Origin: a virus
Taxonomy: Duplodnaviria; Caudoviricetes
Length of the DNA stretch: 59,925 nucleotides
Direction: 5' to 3' (one strand)
IMG/VR virus record: IMGVR_UViG_3300030333_004437
Location: 1 to 59,925 of that record
This document shows, in pieces, positions 17,358-27,011 of this stretch (positions within the stretch are counted from its first letter, which is position 1; each line of letters begins with the position of its first letter). A model generated the notes under the pieces. It was not told where the DNA came from. It did no database searches and saw nothing but the letters and a program-made list of their open reading frames with translations. A program made the translations under genes and the position numbers.

Positions 17358-17762
17358 ATGGGATACAGATACACAGCAATTATATATTATAAGCCAACGT
17401 GGCATAAACAGCAACGTATTGAGGCTAACTCTGGCTCTATTAATATGGAAGAACGAGAAGTAAGATTCTTAACAGAAGCTACTCACTCTTGCTCTGCATA
17501 TTACTACAGCACCAAATCGTTACACGATAACAACTATGCAGCATCAGGTTCAGAACTAGAAACGGCGTTTAGAAGTTGGAATGGATTTGGAACTGCATTA
17601 GTCTTATCAGGCTCAACATTACCATTTGGTAATGATTGGGAATACATAGCTACATCTTCAGCAGGAGTTTCAATGAGTGTGGCTGATGGTTGGGGTTGGA
17701 ATAATGGTGATGACCCACTACCTGACAATTTTCCTGAAAGCTCACCACCTACTTGGTACTGA
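17358..17762 (+). CDS. Hypothetical protein, possibly virion-associated
   Basis: GGAG RBS; TATTTAT upstream; several SGS tripeptides like the structural proteins. Confidence 0.6.
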   Translation: MGYRYTAIIYYKPTWHKQQRIEANSGSINMEEREVRFLTEATHSCSAYYYSTKSLHDNNYAASGSELETAFRSWNGFGTALVLSGSTLPFGNDWEYIATSSAGVSMSVADGWGWNNGDDPLPDNFPESSPPTWY

Positions 17763-17802
17763 GAAATCAAACATTAATAAAAACTTTTTTGAAAAAAAAA
17801 GC

Positions 17803-17832
17803 TTGACATTAATATCAAAAAAGTATTAAATT
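17803..17832 (+). promoter_or_regulatory. Sigma70-type early promoter
   Basis: A-tract, TTGACA, 18-bp spacer, TAAATT. Confidence 0.6.
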
Positions 17833-17877
17833 TAGAAAAATATGAACATATTTATAAGTAACAATAGAGGTAATACT

Positions 17878-18396
17878 ATGCGAAAGCTATTAGTAAGTGT
17901 TATGATGGTAATGCTAGTTATTATTAATGGTTTAGTTAGTGTGAAGTTTATTGAGAAAAACAAACACACTATGAAAGAAATGCTCGATGTGGTGGAAAAA
18001 GAACGAGATGAGTTGAAGTTACAACTTAGAAAATACGAGCAAAATGGAATAGAAGTGGATGTTACAATGTATCATCCAGTTACGCAACAGACAGATGCTA
18101 CACCGGACATTCTGGCGGATGGAACGCGAATAAAAATCACTAAAGCTAGTGAATATAAGTTTATAGCGGTTAGTAGGAATCTTCTGAAGCGTTGGGGGGG
18201 TGCATTAAACTTTGGCGACTTTGTGCTTCTACGTGGAACAAAAGACGGTGCAAAAGATGGCGTCTATCAAGTACGTGATGTTATGAATGCCCGTTTTGTG
18301 AATCGAATAGATGTATTAGAATCACCAGGTGCTCCACCATATAAATTTACGGATGCTAATATCGTAAAGTTAGATTGGGTTAGCACTAATAATTAA
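17878..18396 (+). CDS. Membrane-anchored 3D-domain (MltA-like) cell-wall protein
   Basis: N-terminal TM, VTMYHP..QTDATP.ILADG, IAVSRNL, VRDVMNARF..RIDVL (three-Asp pattern). Confidence 0.7.
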   Translation: MRKLLVSVMMVMLVIINGLVSVKFIEKNKHTMKEMLDVVEKERDELKLQLRKYEQNGIEVDVTMYHPVTQQTDATPDILADGTRIKITKASEYKFIAVSRNLLKRWGGALNFGDFVLLRGTKDGAKDGVYQVRDVMNARFVNRIDVLESPGAPPYKFTDANIVKLDWVSTNN

Positions 18397-18418
18397 AAAC
18401 AAAAATGTAAGGTTATAA

Positions 18419-19618
18419 ATGGAGTTATTCGAAAACTTTTTCGAGGATCCAGATAAGTTCATCTACGAAGATGAAAAGCAAAAATTCATAGAACATATGG
18501 ATTTTCTTAAAACTATGAGTGTCCAAGAATCTACACTTTATAAAAAGTGGAAAGAGTTTAATCATAATGATTATGAAATTAGACAAAAAGCTAGCAAGAT
18601 TCATACGATTAAACCTAAGTTATGGAAACCAACAAATTTATTAGATAGAGAAACAACACTAGCAGAGATACAATCAATAAAACCAAAAATCATTCCAATC
18701 AAACAAGGTGATTCAAGACAAAATGAATATTGGACTCTTATTCGTAGACTTATTCATACGATGGAGTTTACAGCTAATCCAGGTAGAAACGTAAAGTTTA
18801 TTGTTATGGATGAGACAAGTAATAAGATACTTGGTGTAATATGTCTTGGTTCCGATGTTATAGCTATTAGTGCTAGAGATTCTTATATTGGTTGGAGTAA
18901 AGATAATAAATTAACCGATGGTAAATTAAAAAACTCTACTATAGCTACAACCATATGTTCTACACAACCATTTGGATTTAACTTCTTAGGTGGTAAATTA
19001 ATCGCAGCATTGATATCTACTAAAACGTTTAGAGAACAATGGGAAGAGTTATATGGAGAGAAGTTAGCTGGAGTTACTACCACATCACTATATGGTATAC
19101 ACTCTATGTATAATGGTATTCCTTATTGGAAAACACTTGGTGAATCTGCTGGTAGAATTTCATTAAAACCTGATGATGATTTTTTTCAGAAGTGGCACGA
19201 TTGGTACAAAGATAATAAATCAGAAAAGTATGCAAAACACATACAAAGTAAAGATAGGGATTCAGGTCCTGTTACGGGTGTAAAACAAAGAATATTAAAT
19301 CTTATATTTCAAGAGTTAGGGATAAAGACAACTGCATATGAACACGGATTTAAACGTGGCGTATTCTACCTAACTTACTATGAAAATAGTAGGGAATACC
19401 TAAGAGGTGAAATATCTGAAAGTGAGTTAAGATTAAAACCAAGATTTGAACAAGATGTAGATGGTGTTATGGATTGGTGGAAAAAAAAGGCTTGTAAAAG
19501 ATATGAAAAATTGTTAACTTCCAACAAGTTAAAAGATGACATTTTATTCTATGGAGATATCATAGGATTAGATTGGGAACAAACAAGAGAAAAATATATA
19601 GGCGAAGTTGGAAGATAA
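18419..19618 (+). CDS. DUF4338 (DruA-like) domain protein
   Basis: PGRNVKFIV.D...LGVICLGS....ARDSYIGW, QPFGFNFLGGKLIA and TTTSLYG..SMYN motifs. Confidence 0.65.
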   Translation: MELFENFFEDPDKFIYEDEKQKFIEHMDFLKTMSVQESTLYKKWKEFNHNDYEIRQKASKIHTIKPKLWKPTNLLDRETTLAEIQSIKPKIIPIKQGDSRQNEYWTLIRRLIHTMEFTANPGRNVKFIVMDETSNKILGVICLGSDVIAISARDSYIGWSKDNKLTDGKLKNSTIATTICSTQPFGFNFLGGKLIAALISTKTFREQWEELYGEKLAGVTTTSLYGIHSMYNGIPYWKTLGESAGRISLKPDDDFFQKWHDWYKDNKSEKYAKHIQSKDRDSGPVTGVKQRILNLIFQELGIKTTAYEHGFKRGVFYLTYYENSREYLRGEISESELRLKPRFEQDVDGVMDWWKKKACKRYEKLLTSNKLKDDILFYGDIIGLDWEQTREKYIGEVGR

Positions 19619-20228
19619 AGTTACAGATTATTTTGTAGAAAAAGTACCTACAAATGCAATAGAAGATTTTGTTAGAAAAAATCATTACTCAAAAAGTGTA
19701 AGAGGTTTACATATTAGTTATTGTTTCGGATTATTTTCACCAAGTGGAAAGTTTGGGATACCAAAATTAATTGGTGCTATGATGTTTGGAATACCAGCTA
19801 TGGCTGGTGTTGCAGAAAGTTATATGCCAGAAACACCTGATAGGGTTATCGAGTTAAACAGACTTTGTTGTATTGATGATACAGTCAAGAATACAGAAAG
19901 TTACTTTATTGGTAAAGCCATTAGTTGGTTAAAAAAGCATACAAATTACAAGCTTATTCTGTCCTATGCGGATACTTTTCAAGGACACGAGGGTGTTATA
20001 TACAAAGCAACTAACTTTATACATTTAGGGATGACAAAACCGAGTAGGATGTTGATAGCTGATGGTGAGAAATATCACGCCAGAATGTTAACTAAGAAAA
20101 GTCCTAAGTTTGAAAATATTAGACAACGTATGAAAAAAGGTGATGAGAATATTTGGACTGAACCACTACCACCAAAACACATCTACATTTTACCATTAGA
20201 TAAAAAGACAAGAAAGATATTTTCGTGA
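19608..20228 (+). CDS. Mom-like DNA modification protein
   Basis: HYSK, IELNRLCCID...NTESYFIG, LSYADTFQGHEGVIYKATNF and KHIY motifs. Confidence 0.75.
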   Translation: MEDKVTDYFVEKVPTNAIEDFVRKNHYSKSVRGLHISYCFGLFSPSGKFGIPKLIGAMMFGIPAMAGVAESYMPETPDRVIELNRLCCIDDTVKNTESYFIGKAISWLKKHTNYKLILSYADTFQGHEGVIYKATNFIHLGMTKPSRMLIADGEKYHARMLTKKSPKFENIRQRMKKGDENIWTEPLPPKHIYILPLDKKTRKIFS

Positions 20229-21568
20229 ATATATTAAATTTTACAAAAGATAAGACAAGCGATAAAGAGTATAAGTACAATATACTCGTATATCCGAACA
20301 TAACATATCAACAAGATTTAGAAAAAGATTCTTATGTCGTAGTATTATGTAATATTATCAGAGAGCTAAATAAGATACGTGATGATATACATTTTACAAT
20401 ATTTTCACCACATCATATTAATAGTTTAGATTTTCCTAATACAGAACAATTAGTATTACCATTACCATCATACCCAAATGCTATGAGAACTCATTTTGAT
20501 TATGATACAATAGTAAAAGCATTACAATGGAAAAAAAGAGATTATGATATTGTGTATTCTCATTTGCCTGAACATACTTTACAACTAAAAAATGCAATCA
20601 TAAATAATACAAATATGGAACCAAGATTTATTGGGTACACCCATTGGACTGAGTTTCCTGAGATTACAAACTATAGTATGACTATGATGGATGTAAACTT
20701 CTTAGGTATTTTAGAGATGGATAAGTGTGGTATAAATACACAAGGACAGAAGAAGTTAATTCTAAAAAATGCTAGAAACCATTTTAATAATAGTGTAGTT
20801 AAAAGATTAGATGAGATTCTTGAACCACAATATCTTGGTTGGGAGATTCCAAAATACGAGAACCAAACTACAGATAAAAAAATTATCGTATTCAATCATC
20901 GCCCTCACACATACAAAAACTATCCGTGGTTTTTAGAACAAATGGATAAACTTTGGGAACAAAGACAAGACTTTGAGGTATGGGTTCCACTTGCAGATTC
21001 TACTGAGGGTAGAGAATATTTAACAAATGATAAATACGATAGATTCGGATATTTTTCTAAGTTATCTTCTTGTTACATTGGTGTATGTGCAAAACAGAAA
21101 TACAGTGGATGGGCTGTATCAGCTACGGATGGTATGAGTGTAGGTGTTCCTTACTTATTTTTAAATGCTGATTACTATTGTGAACTTGCAAGTTCTGCAG
21201 GTATCTACTACGATAGTAATGACTTTTTAGAAAAGTTAGAAGAGGTTTTAGATGATGTATCAATTAGAGAGGAATATTCTAAACGTTCATTAGATAGATT
21301 TAAAGAGTGTAAGTGGGAATCTGCGATAACTCAGTTTAATAATATGCTTGATGAAACAATATTAAATTTAAAAACAATAAAACAAAAAACAGATAGCTAC
21401 AAAAAAATAGTTGATTTTATTCATACGAAAAAATCAGTTACTAAGAAAGACATTATCGAACACTTAGGTTGGGGTGTTAGAATAGGTTTTAGTGGTTATA
21501 GAAATAAACTTAGACAAGAACCAACTATTAAATTCACAAAGGATAGATATGAAACAACTAACAGCTGA
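20225..21568 (+). CDS. GT-B fold glycosyltransferase
   Basis: DIVYSHLPE, VFNHR...KN, W.VSATDGMSVGVP donor-binding motif, C-terminal KWESAI. Confidence 0.7.
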   Translation: MNILNFTKDKTSDKEYKYNILVYPNITYQQDLEKDSYVVVLCNIIRELNKIRDDIHFTIFSPHHINSLDFPNTEQLVLPLPSYPNAMRTHFDYDTIVKALQWKKRDYDIVYSHLPEHTLQLKNAIINNTNMEPRFIGYTHWTEFPEITNYSMTMMDVNFLGILEMDKCGINTQGQKKLILKNARNHFNNSVVKRLDEILEPQYLGWEIPKYENQTTDKKIIVFNHRPHTYKNYPWFLEQMDKLWEQRQDFEVWVPLADSTEGREYLTNDKYDRFGYFSKLSSCYIGVCAKQKYSGWAVSATDGMSVGVPYLFLNADYYCELASSAGIYYDSNDFLEKLEEVLDDVSIREEYSKRSLDRFKECKWESAITQFNNMLDETILNLKTIKQKTDSYKKIVDFIHTKKSVTKKDIIEHLGWGVRIGFSGYRNKLRQEPTIKFTKDRYETTNS

Positions 21569-22340
21569 ACAAATCCAAAAGAATTGGGAACAACTTCGTA
21601 ACTTGATTTCCAATACATTTGAGGGTGAACGTTTAGATAAACTGAATAAGATGTACGATCATTTCGAAGATAGAATGTGTATGGCTCCAGCGAGTGGTAA
21701 AGAACAATTTCACTACGCACACATTGGTGGTTACGTAGAACACGTTTTACACGTTATAGATTGTGCATTAAAAGTTATGAATCTTTGGGCAGCAGAGGGT
21801 GCTAGAATTAACTTCACTACAGAAGAGGTTATCTTTGCAGCTATGCATCACGACTTAGGTAAGGTTGGTGATTTGGATAAAGATTACTATGTACCACAAG
21901 AATCAGAGTGGCATAGAAAGAATCGTGGTGAGATATTCACACACAATGGTGCATTACAATATATGTCGGTTACTGATAGAGCTATATTCTTACTTGGACA
22001 TTTTCAAATACCAATGAGTGAGAATGAGTATATTGGTTTACGATTAGCAGATGGATTGTATGAAGAGGCTAATAAATCTTACTATATGTCTTACAATCCT
22101 GATTGGGCTTTGAAATCTAACATCGCTTATGTTATACATCAAGCTGATATGATGGCTACTAAGATTGAGTATGATGAGTGGAAACGTAGTATGGAAGTGG
22201 AAGAAGAAGAGCATAAGCAGAAGTATCAGAAAATGGTAGGTGTTCTAAAAACTGATGGTAATCAGAAAGAGAAAAAAGAAGATAAGTTACAATCTAAATC
22301 TAAAGACTTGTTTAAAGAGTTATTTGGAGATGATGTATGA
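21549..22340 (+). CDS. HD-domain phosphohydrolase (YhaM-like HD)
   Basis: APAS...HYAHIGGYVEHVLHV...HHDLGKVG...HQAD. Confidence 0.8.
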   Translation: MKQLTAEQIQKNWEQLRNLISNTFEGERLDKLNKMYDHFEDRMCMAPASGKEQFHYAHIGGYVEHVLHVIDCALKVMNLWAAEGARINFTTEEVIFAAMHHDLGKVGDLDKDYYVPQESEWHRKNRGEIFTHNGALQYMSVTDRAIFLLGHFQIPMSENEYIGLRLADGLYEEANKSYYMSYNPDWALKSNIAYVIHQADMMATKIEYDEWKRSMEVEEEEHKQKYQKMVGVLKTDGNQKEKKEDKLQSKSKDLFKELFGDDV

Positions 22341-22585
22341 TATTCGAAATTATATTAGGTATCTTACTTGTTATCGAGGGTTATATTATATGGAACTTAA
22401 TGCGTAAAGCTGAAACCTTAGAAACGTGGATTGATACTTTATCTGTTAAAATAATGAATACCCAAAGAATTATAAAGGAAATAGATTCTACAGGTCACTT
22501 CGAAGCAGATGATGAAGTAGGAACAATCTTTGAAGGAATCAAAGATACAGTAAACGAATTAAATAAAGCAATAGAAAGAGAGTAA
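22337..22585 (+). CDS. Hypothetical membrane-anchored protein
   Basis: N-terminal TM; FEADDEVG motif; GGAG RBS. Confidence 0.6.
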   Translation: MIFEIILGILLVIEGYIIWNLMRKAETLETWIDTLSVKIMNTQRIIKEIDSTGHFEADDEVGTIFEGIKDTVNELNKAIERE

Positions 22586-22588
22586 CAA

Positions 22589-23296
22589 ATGGCAAGAGGT
22601 AAAATATATTTTGGACAACCAACTGAAGATGCTATCATTGAATACAATGCTGAAGAAAGTCCAATAGTTAGAAATCAAATCTACAATGAGAGAATTAGAA
22701 AACCATTGGAGAAGTTGGTTGAAAATATCATTCACACATTTAAGTTTTATTACTTTGATGTTCCAAGTGAAGATGTTAAACACGAAGTGGTTTCTAACCT
22801 TATTATCAATATGCATAAGTACAAGCAAGAAAAGGGTAGAGCTTTTTCATACTTTAGTATAGTTGCAAAAAATTATTTGATTCTTCATAATAATAACAAC
22901 TATAAAAAGATGAAACAACAAAATGATATTCAAGTTGCTGATTTTGAAAGAAACATTCAAAACGAAATAGGTGATGAAAAATATCAAGAGGGTAATTCAG
23001 AACTACTAGACTTTTATTGTGAGTACTTAGAAAACAATATCTCAAATATCTTTACAAGAAAGAAAGATATTGATGTTGCTTATTCGGTATTATATCTTTT
23101 ACAAAATCTACACAATATAGAAAACTTTAATAAAAAGTATTTGTATTTGCAGATAAGAGAGATGACAAGTTCTAATACTCAACATATCACACGAGTTATA
23201 ACTCAGTTAAAAAAATATTTTGAAGAAATAAAACTTGAGTTTTACACTAAAGGTGAAGTAGATACATCGTTTACAGGTTCATTTTTTGATGCATAA
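22589..23296 (+). CDS. Phage sigma factor, T4 gp55-like late transcription factor
   Basis: Region-2-like KYKQEKGRAFSYFSIVAKNYLI resembles the gp55 AYFT motif; lies just before the structural module. Confidence 0.6.
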   Translation: MARGKIYFGQPTEDAIIEYNAEESPIVRNQIYNERIRKPLEKLVENIIHTFKFYYFDVPSEDVKHEVVSNLIINMHKYKQEKGRAFSYFSIVAKNYLILHNNNNYKKMKQQNDIQVADFERNIQNEIGDEKYQEGNSELLDFYCEYLENNISNIFTRKKDIDVAYSVLYLLQNLHNIENFNKKYLYLQIREMTSSNTQHITRVITQLKKYFEEIKLEFYTKGEVDTSFTGSFFDA

Positions 23297-23324
23297 AAAA
23301 AGGGGGGAATAAATCCCCCCTTTT
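23296..23324. terminator. Bidirectional intrinsic terminator
   Basis: AAAAAAGGGGGGA-ATAAA-TCCCCCCTTTT between convergent genes. Confidence 0.8.
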
Positions 23325-23343
23325 ACACTCACTGGAGTTGAAC

Positions 23344-23568
23344 CTACGATTTTCGGAATAAACCTACTAACACTAGTAATGCAACTAATCCTGCAAATCC
23401 TGATTCACCGAATTGGTTGATTAATCCTGTTAGGTTTCCTACAACATTTACGCCAAAGACGCCAGTTCCAAATATTACTTCAGAAACAGCACCGATAGCT
23501 ACAAAGGATAGTAGAAGATGGGTAACATCATCCATCCATCCTCTGACCATTGCTACGACTTCCTTCAT
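23344..23568 (-). CDS. Small two-TM membrane protein
   Basis: AGGAG RBS on the minus strand; hydrophobic; ends at the bidirectional terminator. Confidence 0.7.
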   Translation of the reverse strand: MKEVVAMVRGWMDDVTHLLLSFVAIGAVSEVIFGTGVFGVNVVGNLTGLINQFGESGFAGLVALLVLVGLFRKS

Positions 23569-23707
23569 CGAGTATCTCCTGTTGGTTATTAAAAAGGGAT
23601 TATAGTCCCGTACTTAATAACTATTAATTTAAATTTATAAAGTTAACTTATATTTATTTATATACATAGGTTATTTGAGTTCAACATATTTATCAATAGG
23701 ACATATT

Positions 23708-24112
23708 ATGAGCAACGATTACGAAATTTTTAAAGGAAAAACCCTATCTTCCCTTTTTGAAGATATCTACGAAAATACAGACAAAAACAGAAAACAACTT
23801 GATGTATTAACAAGAGAGCTTGTTACATTCATAAAAGATGGTGATACTGCTGTACAAATCGTACCTATGTTAAAAGAGTATCTTGAAATAAACGTTAAGA
23901 ACGATGACCAACTTGTTAAGATAGCTTCTATCGTACAACGTATTATGGCTGCAGAAAACAAAGGTGGTTCAGAGGATGAATTCGGATTAAGTGAAGCAGA
24001 AAAAGAACAATTAATGGGAAGTATACAAGAGGTAGTAGAAGATACTCAGAATATTGTAGATGAAGTAGTAGAAAAATCAGAACATTCATTTAGTAGTTCT
24101 AAAGGAAATTAA
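23708..24112 (+). CDS. Conserved hypothetical phage protein
   Basis: First gene after the TATTTATA motif; AGGA RBS; VPMLKEYLEINVKNDDQLVK motif. Confidence 0.6.
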   Translation: MSNDYEIFKGKTLSSLFEDIYENTDKNRKQLDVLTRELVTFIKDGDTAVQIVPMLKEYLEINVKNDDQLVKIASIVQRIMAAENKGGSEDEFGLSEAEKEQLMGSIQEVVEDTQNIVDEVVEKSEHSFSSSKGN

Positions 24113-25413
24113 TGTCATATTTTGATAAATCATTAGATAACAAATCAAGACTACCAAAAATAAACTCTTCATTAGTTACTGAAGAATCTTTAAGTAGTAT
24201 TATAAAAACTGAATTTGGTTACTTAGCTAATCAAAAGTTTTATGAGATAGAAGCCGCTGAAGTTTTGAGAGTAATAACAAGTGAAGAAGATTTAGAAAAA
24301 GCCAAAAGACTTATACCAGATACTACAAATCCTGATATTTCTTACTATGGTGCAATAAAAGCAAGACAATTTACAAGTGAACAAGGAGTAGATGAAGAAA
24401 AATTACCGTGGAGATTTCCTCTTAATTCAAACTTTGTAAAACTACCAATAAAGGGAGAAACAGTTTTATGTGTTGATTATCGAGATGAACCTTTTTATGT
24501 AGATGTTGTAAATAGAAAACGAAATTTAAGTTTAAATGTTAGAGATACTGGTTTAAGCGATTTAACAAAGAAAGAGGAAAGCGAGTTAAAAGTAAACAGA
24601 TATCAAGATATCTTTAATACAGATGGAAACTCATCTATACCCGATGAAAGCCAAATTGATGATTTAGGATATGATGATAATGGTACTTTTAAACCTTTAG
24701 TAATAGGACAAACTAAACTAAATCCAGGCGATACTGTATTACAAGGTAGATTTGGTAATGTAATTCGTTTAAGCAGTGAACAAGATGAACAACCAAATTC
24801 ATCTAATATAAAAATGTCTACAGGACAATTACACACTAATGGAACTTCAGTTGAAGATGATGCTAGGTTTAAAAAAGAAGCGCTTAATTTACAAGAAAGT
24901 GGAATAGGATTAGTAGAACAAGCTATAAATACTGATGCAAGTTCTTTATATCTTACTGAAAATGAAACTATTGATTTAACAGTTGATTTGATATCGAAAG
25001 TTGCACCAGGCAGAATATTATCTAATAGAGATTCTTTTAGTGGTGCACAATTAATGGGAAATTCTGATAATATAGTTTTTAATGCTAGATTAAATGATGT
25101 ACATTTATTTGCTAACCAAAATATTAACTTAACTGCTCGTGATAGAATTAATTTTGAAGCTCCTATTATTAATTTAGGTGATAGAACCGCAGCTCAACGT
25201 TTAGTTAAAGGTGATATTTTTATAGAAGTTTTTAAAACCTTACTAATATCTTTAAAAGTATTTGCAAATAGACTAACAGACGTAACAGCACCTAATCCAA
25301 ATAATAGTATTTTAGAATTAGAAATGGCAGCTACTAAATTAAGAGAACAAATAGATAGTGGTGTGTTACCATTTTTGGAAGATACATTATCTAATAGAAA
25401 CTTTACGAGTTAA
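24112..25413 (+). CDS. Putative baseplate hub/central spike (gp5/Vgr-like)
   Basis: OB-fold-like PIKGETVLCV, GDTVLQGRFGNVIRL, beta-repeat C-terminal half; upstream of gp25/gp6-like genes. Confidence 0.5.
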   Translation: MSYFDKSLDNKSRLPKINSSLVTEESLSSIIKTEFGYLANQKFYEIEAAEVLRVITSEEDLEKAKRLIPDTTNPDISYYGAIKARQFTSEQGVDEEKLPWRFPLNSNFVKLPIKGETVLCVDYRDEPFYVDVVNRKRNLSLNVRDTGLSDLTKKEESELKVNRYQDIFNTDGNSSIPDESQIDDLGYDDNGTFKPLVIGQTKLNPGDTVLQGRFGNVIRLSSEQDEQPNSSNIKMSTGQLHTNGTSVEDDARFKKEALNLQESGIGLVEQAINTDASSLYLTENETIDLTVDLISKVAPGRILSNRDSFSGAQLMGNSDNIVFNARLNDVHLFANQNINLTARDRINFEAPIINLGDRTAAQRLVKGDIFIEVFKTLLISLKVFANRLTDVTAPNPNNSILELEMAATKLREQIDSGVLPFLEDTLSNRNFTS

Positions 25414-25415
25414 TT

Positions 25416-26069
25416 ATGGCTAGTAGAAATCCATTTGTTTACCTAATTGAACTATTTAGTAAAAAGATACAAACATCTATTACTCAAGAGACTGCAGATT
25501 TAAAAAGAAAACAATTAGAGTTAAGAGAAGATAATTTAAGAAGAATATATGAGGGTGATAAAAATAGAGAACGTATACAAAACGCTAGAGAAAGATTAGC
25601 TAAGCTATCTGAAAAAAAAGAGAAGTTACAAAAAAATGAAGATAGTGTTAGTGTAATTGATAGAATAATAAGTGCTCTTAAAAAAATAAAAGCAGGATTT
25701 ACAGCATCAGAAGCTGCAGCTAATGCTTCAGCAGCTGGTCCTGGCTTTAATGCTTTTCTCGCAGCTAAAACACAAGCATTTATTGAAAAATCAAAGGATG
25801 AAGCTGAGTATGTAGAAAAGGTAGCTAAAAAACAAAAAGAATTAATTAGTGAGGATATACAAGAGTATAAAGAACAACTCAATAAACTAATAGATGAAGT
25901 AAATAAGGGTAGAGATGAATATAGAGATGAAATCTTAAATCAACTACCAATATGGGCACAAACAGACCCATTCATAGCTGACGCTCCAACTGATAGCATA
26001 CTGAAGAGATATACTCTTCGTAGGCAAGCTAGAGAGATTAAAGCTAGAAAAGAACAAAAAGCAAACTAA
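25416..26069 (+). CDS. Hypothetical coiled-coil protein
   Basis: 217-aa ORF in the structural operon. Confidence 0.6.
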   Translation: MASRNPFVYLIELFSKKIQTSITQETADLKRKQLELREDNLRRIYEGDKNRERIQNARERLAKLSEKKEKLQKNEDSVSVIDRIISALKKIKAGFTASEAAANASAAGPGFNAFLAAKTQAFIEKSKDEAEYVEKVAKKQKELISEDIQEYKEQLNKLIDEVNKGRDEYRDEILNQLPIWAQTDPFIADAPTDSILKRYTLRRQAREIKARKEQKAN

Positions 26070-26080
26070 GAGGTATTATT

Positions 26081-26536
26081 ATGACTGCTAAGAGATTAAA
26101 AGCTGTAATAAGAAAAATCGTATCAGAAGAAATCAAAAACCAACTAAACGAAATATTTATTAACGATAAAGAAAAAGTAAATTTAGTTGAATTATCAAAA
26201 GAAGTTAAACCCAAAAAACAGGTAAAACAAGTAGAGAAGAAGCAGTACACTAAGAATAAATCTCTAAATGAAGTTTTAAATGAAACAGTTGGGTTAAGCT
26301 CAAAATCTTCGGAAACGGATGAATATCCAACAATGGGTGGTAAACCTTTCGATAGTAGTAGAATGGCTGAGATGCTTGGATATGGTAGTAGTAAAGAAGT
26401 CAAACGAGATATGGTTGGTATAGATACTGCTAAAAAAGCTGGTGTAGATCCTAATTCTGTTCCTGATGGTGTTATGAACGCACTAACGAGAGATTACAGC
26501 GATTTAATGAAACATATTAACAAGAAAAAACAATGA
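26081..26536 (+). CDS. Conserved hypothetical phage protein
   Basis: GAGG RBS; N-terminal LKAVIRKIVSEEI and C-terminal ALTRDYSDLMK. Confidence 0.6.
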   Translation: MTAKRLKAVIRKIVSEEIKNQLNEIFINDKEKVNLVELSKEVKPKKQVKQVEKKQYTKNKSLNEVLNETVGLSSKSSETDEYPTMGGKPFDSSRMAEMLGYGSSKEVKRDMVGIDTAKKAGVDPNSVPDGVMNALTRDYSDLMKHINKKKQ

Positions 26537-27009
26537 GTGTATTAAGAAATCAACAATTAGGTATACCGTTTGGGATGGCTTATCCACTAACATTTGGTGG
26601 TAAAACGTTTCAAGAAAATTTTGACTATGGTAGAGAAATAAAAGATAACCTAAGAAATTTGTTACTCACACAAAAAGGTGAAAGACGTAACTTAAATTTT
26701 GGTACAGATTTAATATCAATATGTTTTCAGTACCAAGCTGGTACGATAGAATTAGAAAATGCTATCGTTCAATCAATAAATGAAGCTGTAGAAACATTTA
26801 TGTCAGGTGTAACAGTAGATTCTGTTACTGTAGTAGCAGATGAATCTAATGAGAATATTGTAAGAGTTAGTGTTGATTTTTCTGCAGACTTTACCGACCC
26901 ATCTAACTTTACATTTGATATAGATCCTGGCGGTTTCTTTACAGAAGTACCAACGGCTGCTGAGGTAGAAGCAGAAAGTATTGAACGAGTTAATCAATAT
27001 GGAGTTTAG
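26533..27009 (+). CDS. Baseplate wedge protein gp25-like
   Basis: IKDNLRNLLLTQKGER...FGTDL motif. Confidence 0.8.
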   Translation: MSVLRNQQLGIPFGMAYPLTFGGKTFQENFDYGREIKDNLRNLLLTQKGERRNLNFGTDLISICFQYQAGTIELENAIVQSINEAVETFMSGVTVDSVTVVADESNENIVRVSVDFSADFTDPSNFTFDIDPGGFFTEVPTAAEVEAESIERVNQYGV

Positions 27010-27011
27010 TA

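Noticed and set aside
18419-19618. Complete Druantia defence system
   Set aside because: Only a DUF4338-like gene is present; no DruE helicase or other dru genes nearby.
21549-22340. DatZ-like dATPase of a Z-genome (2-aminoadenine) pathway
   Set aside because: Motifs look YhaM-like and no purZ or mazZ is present in the window.
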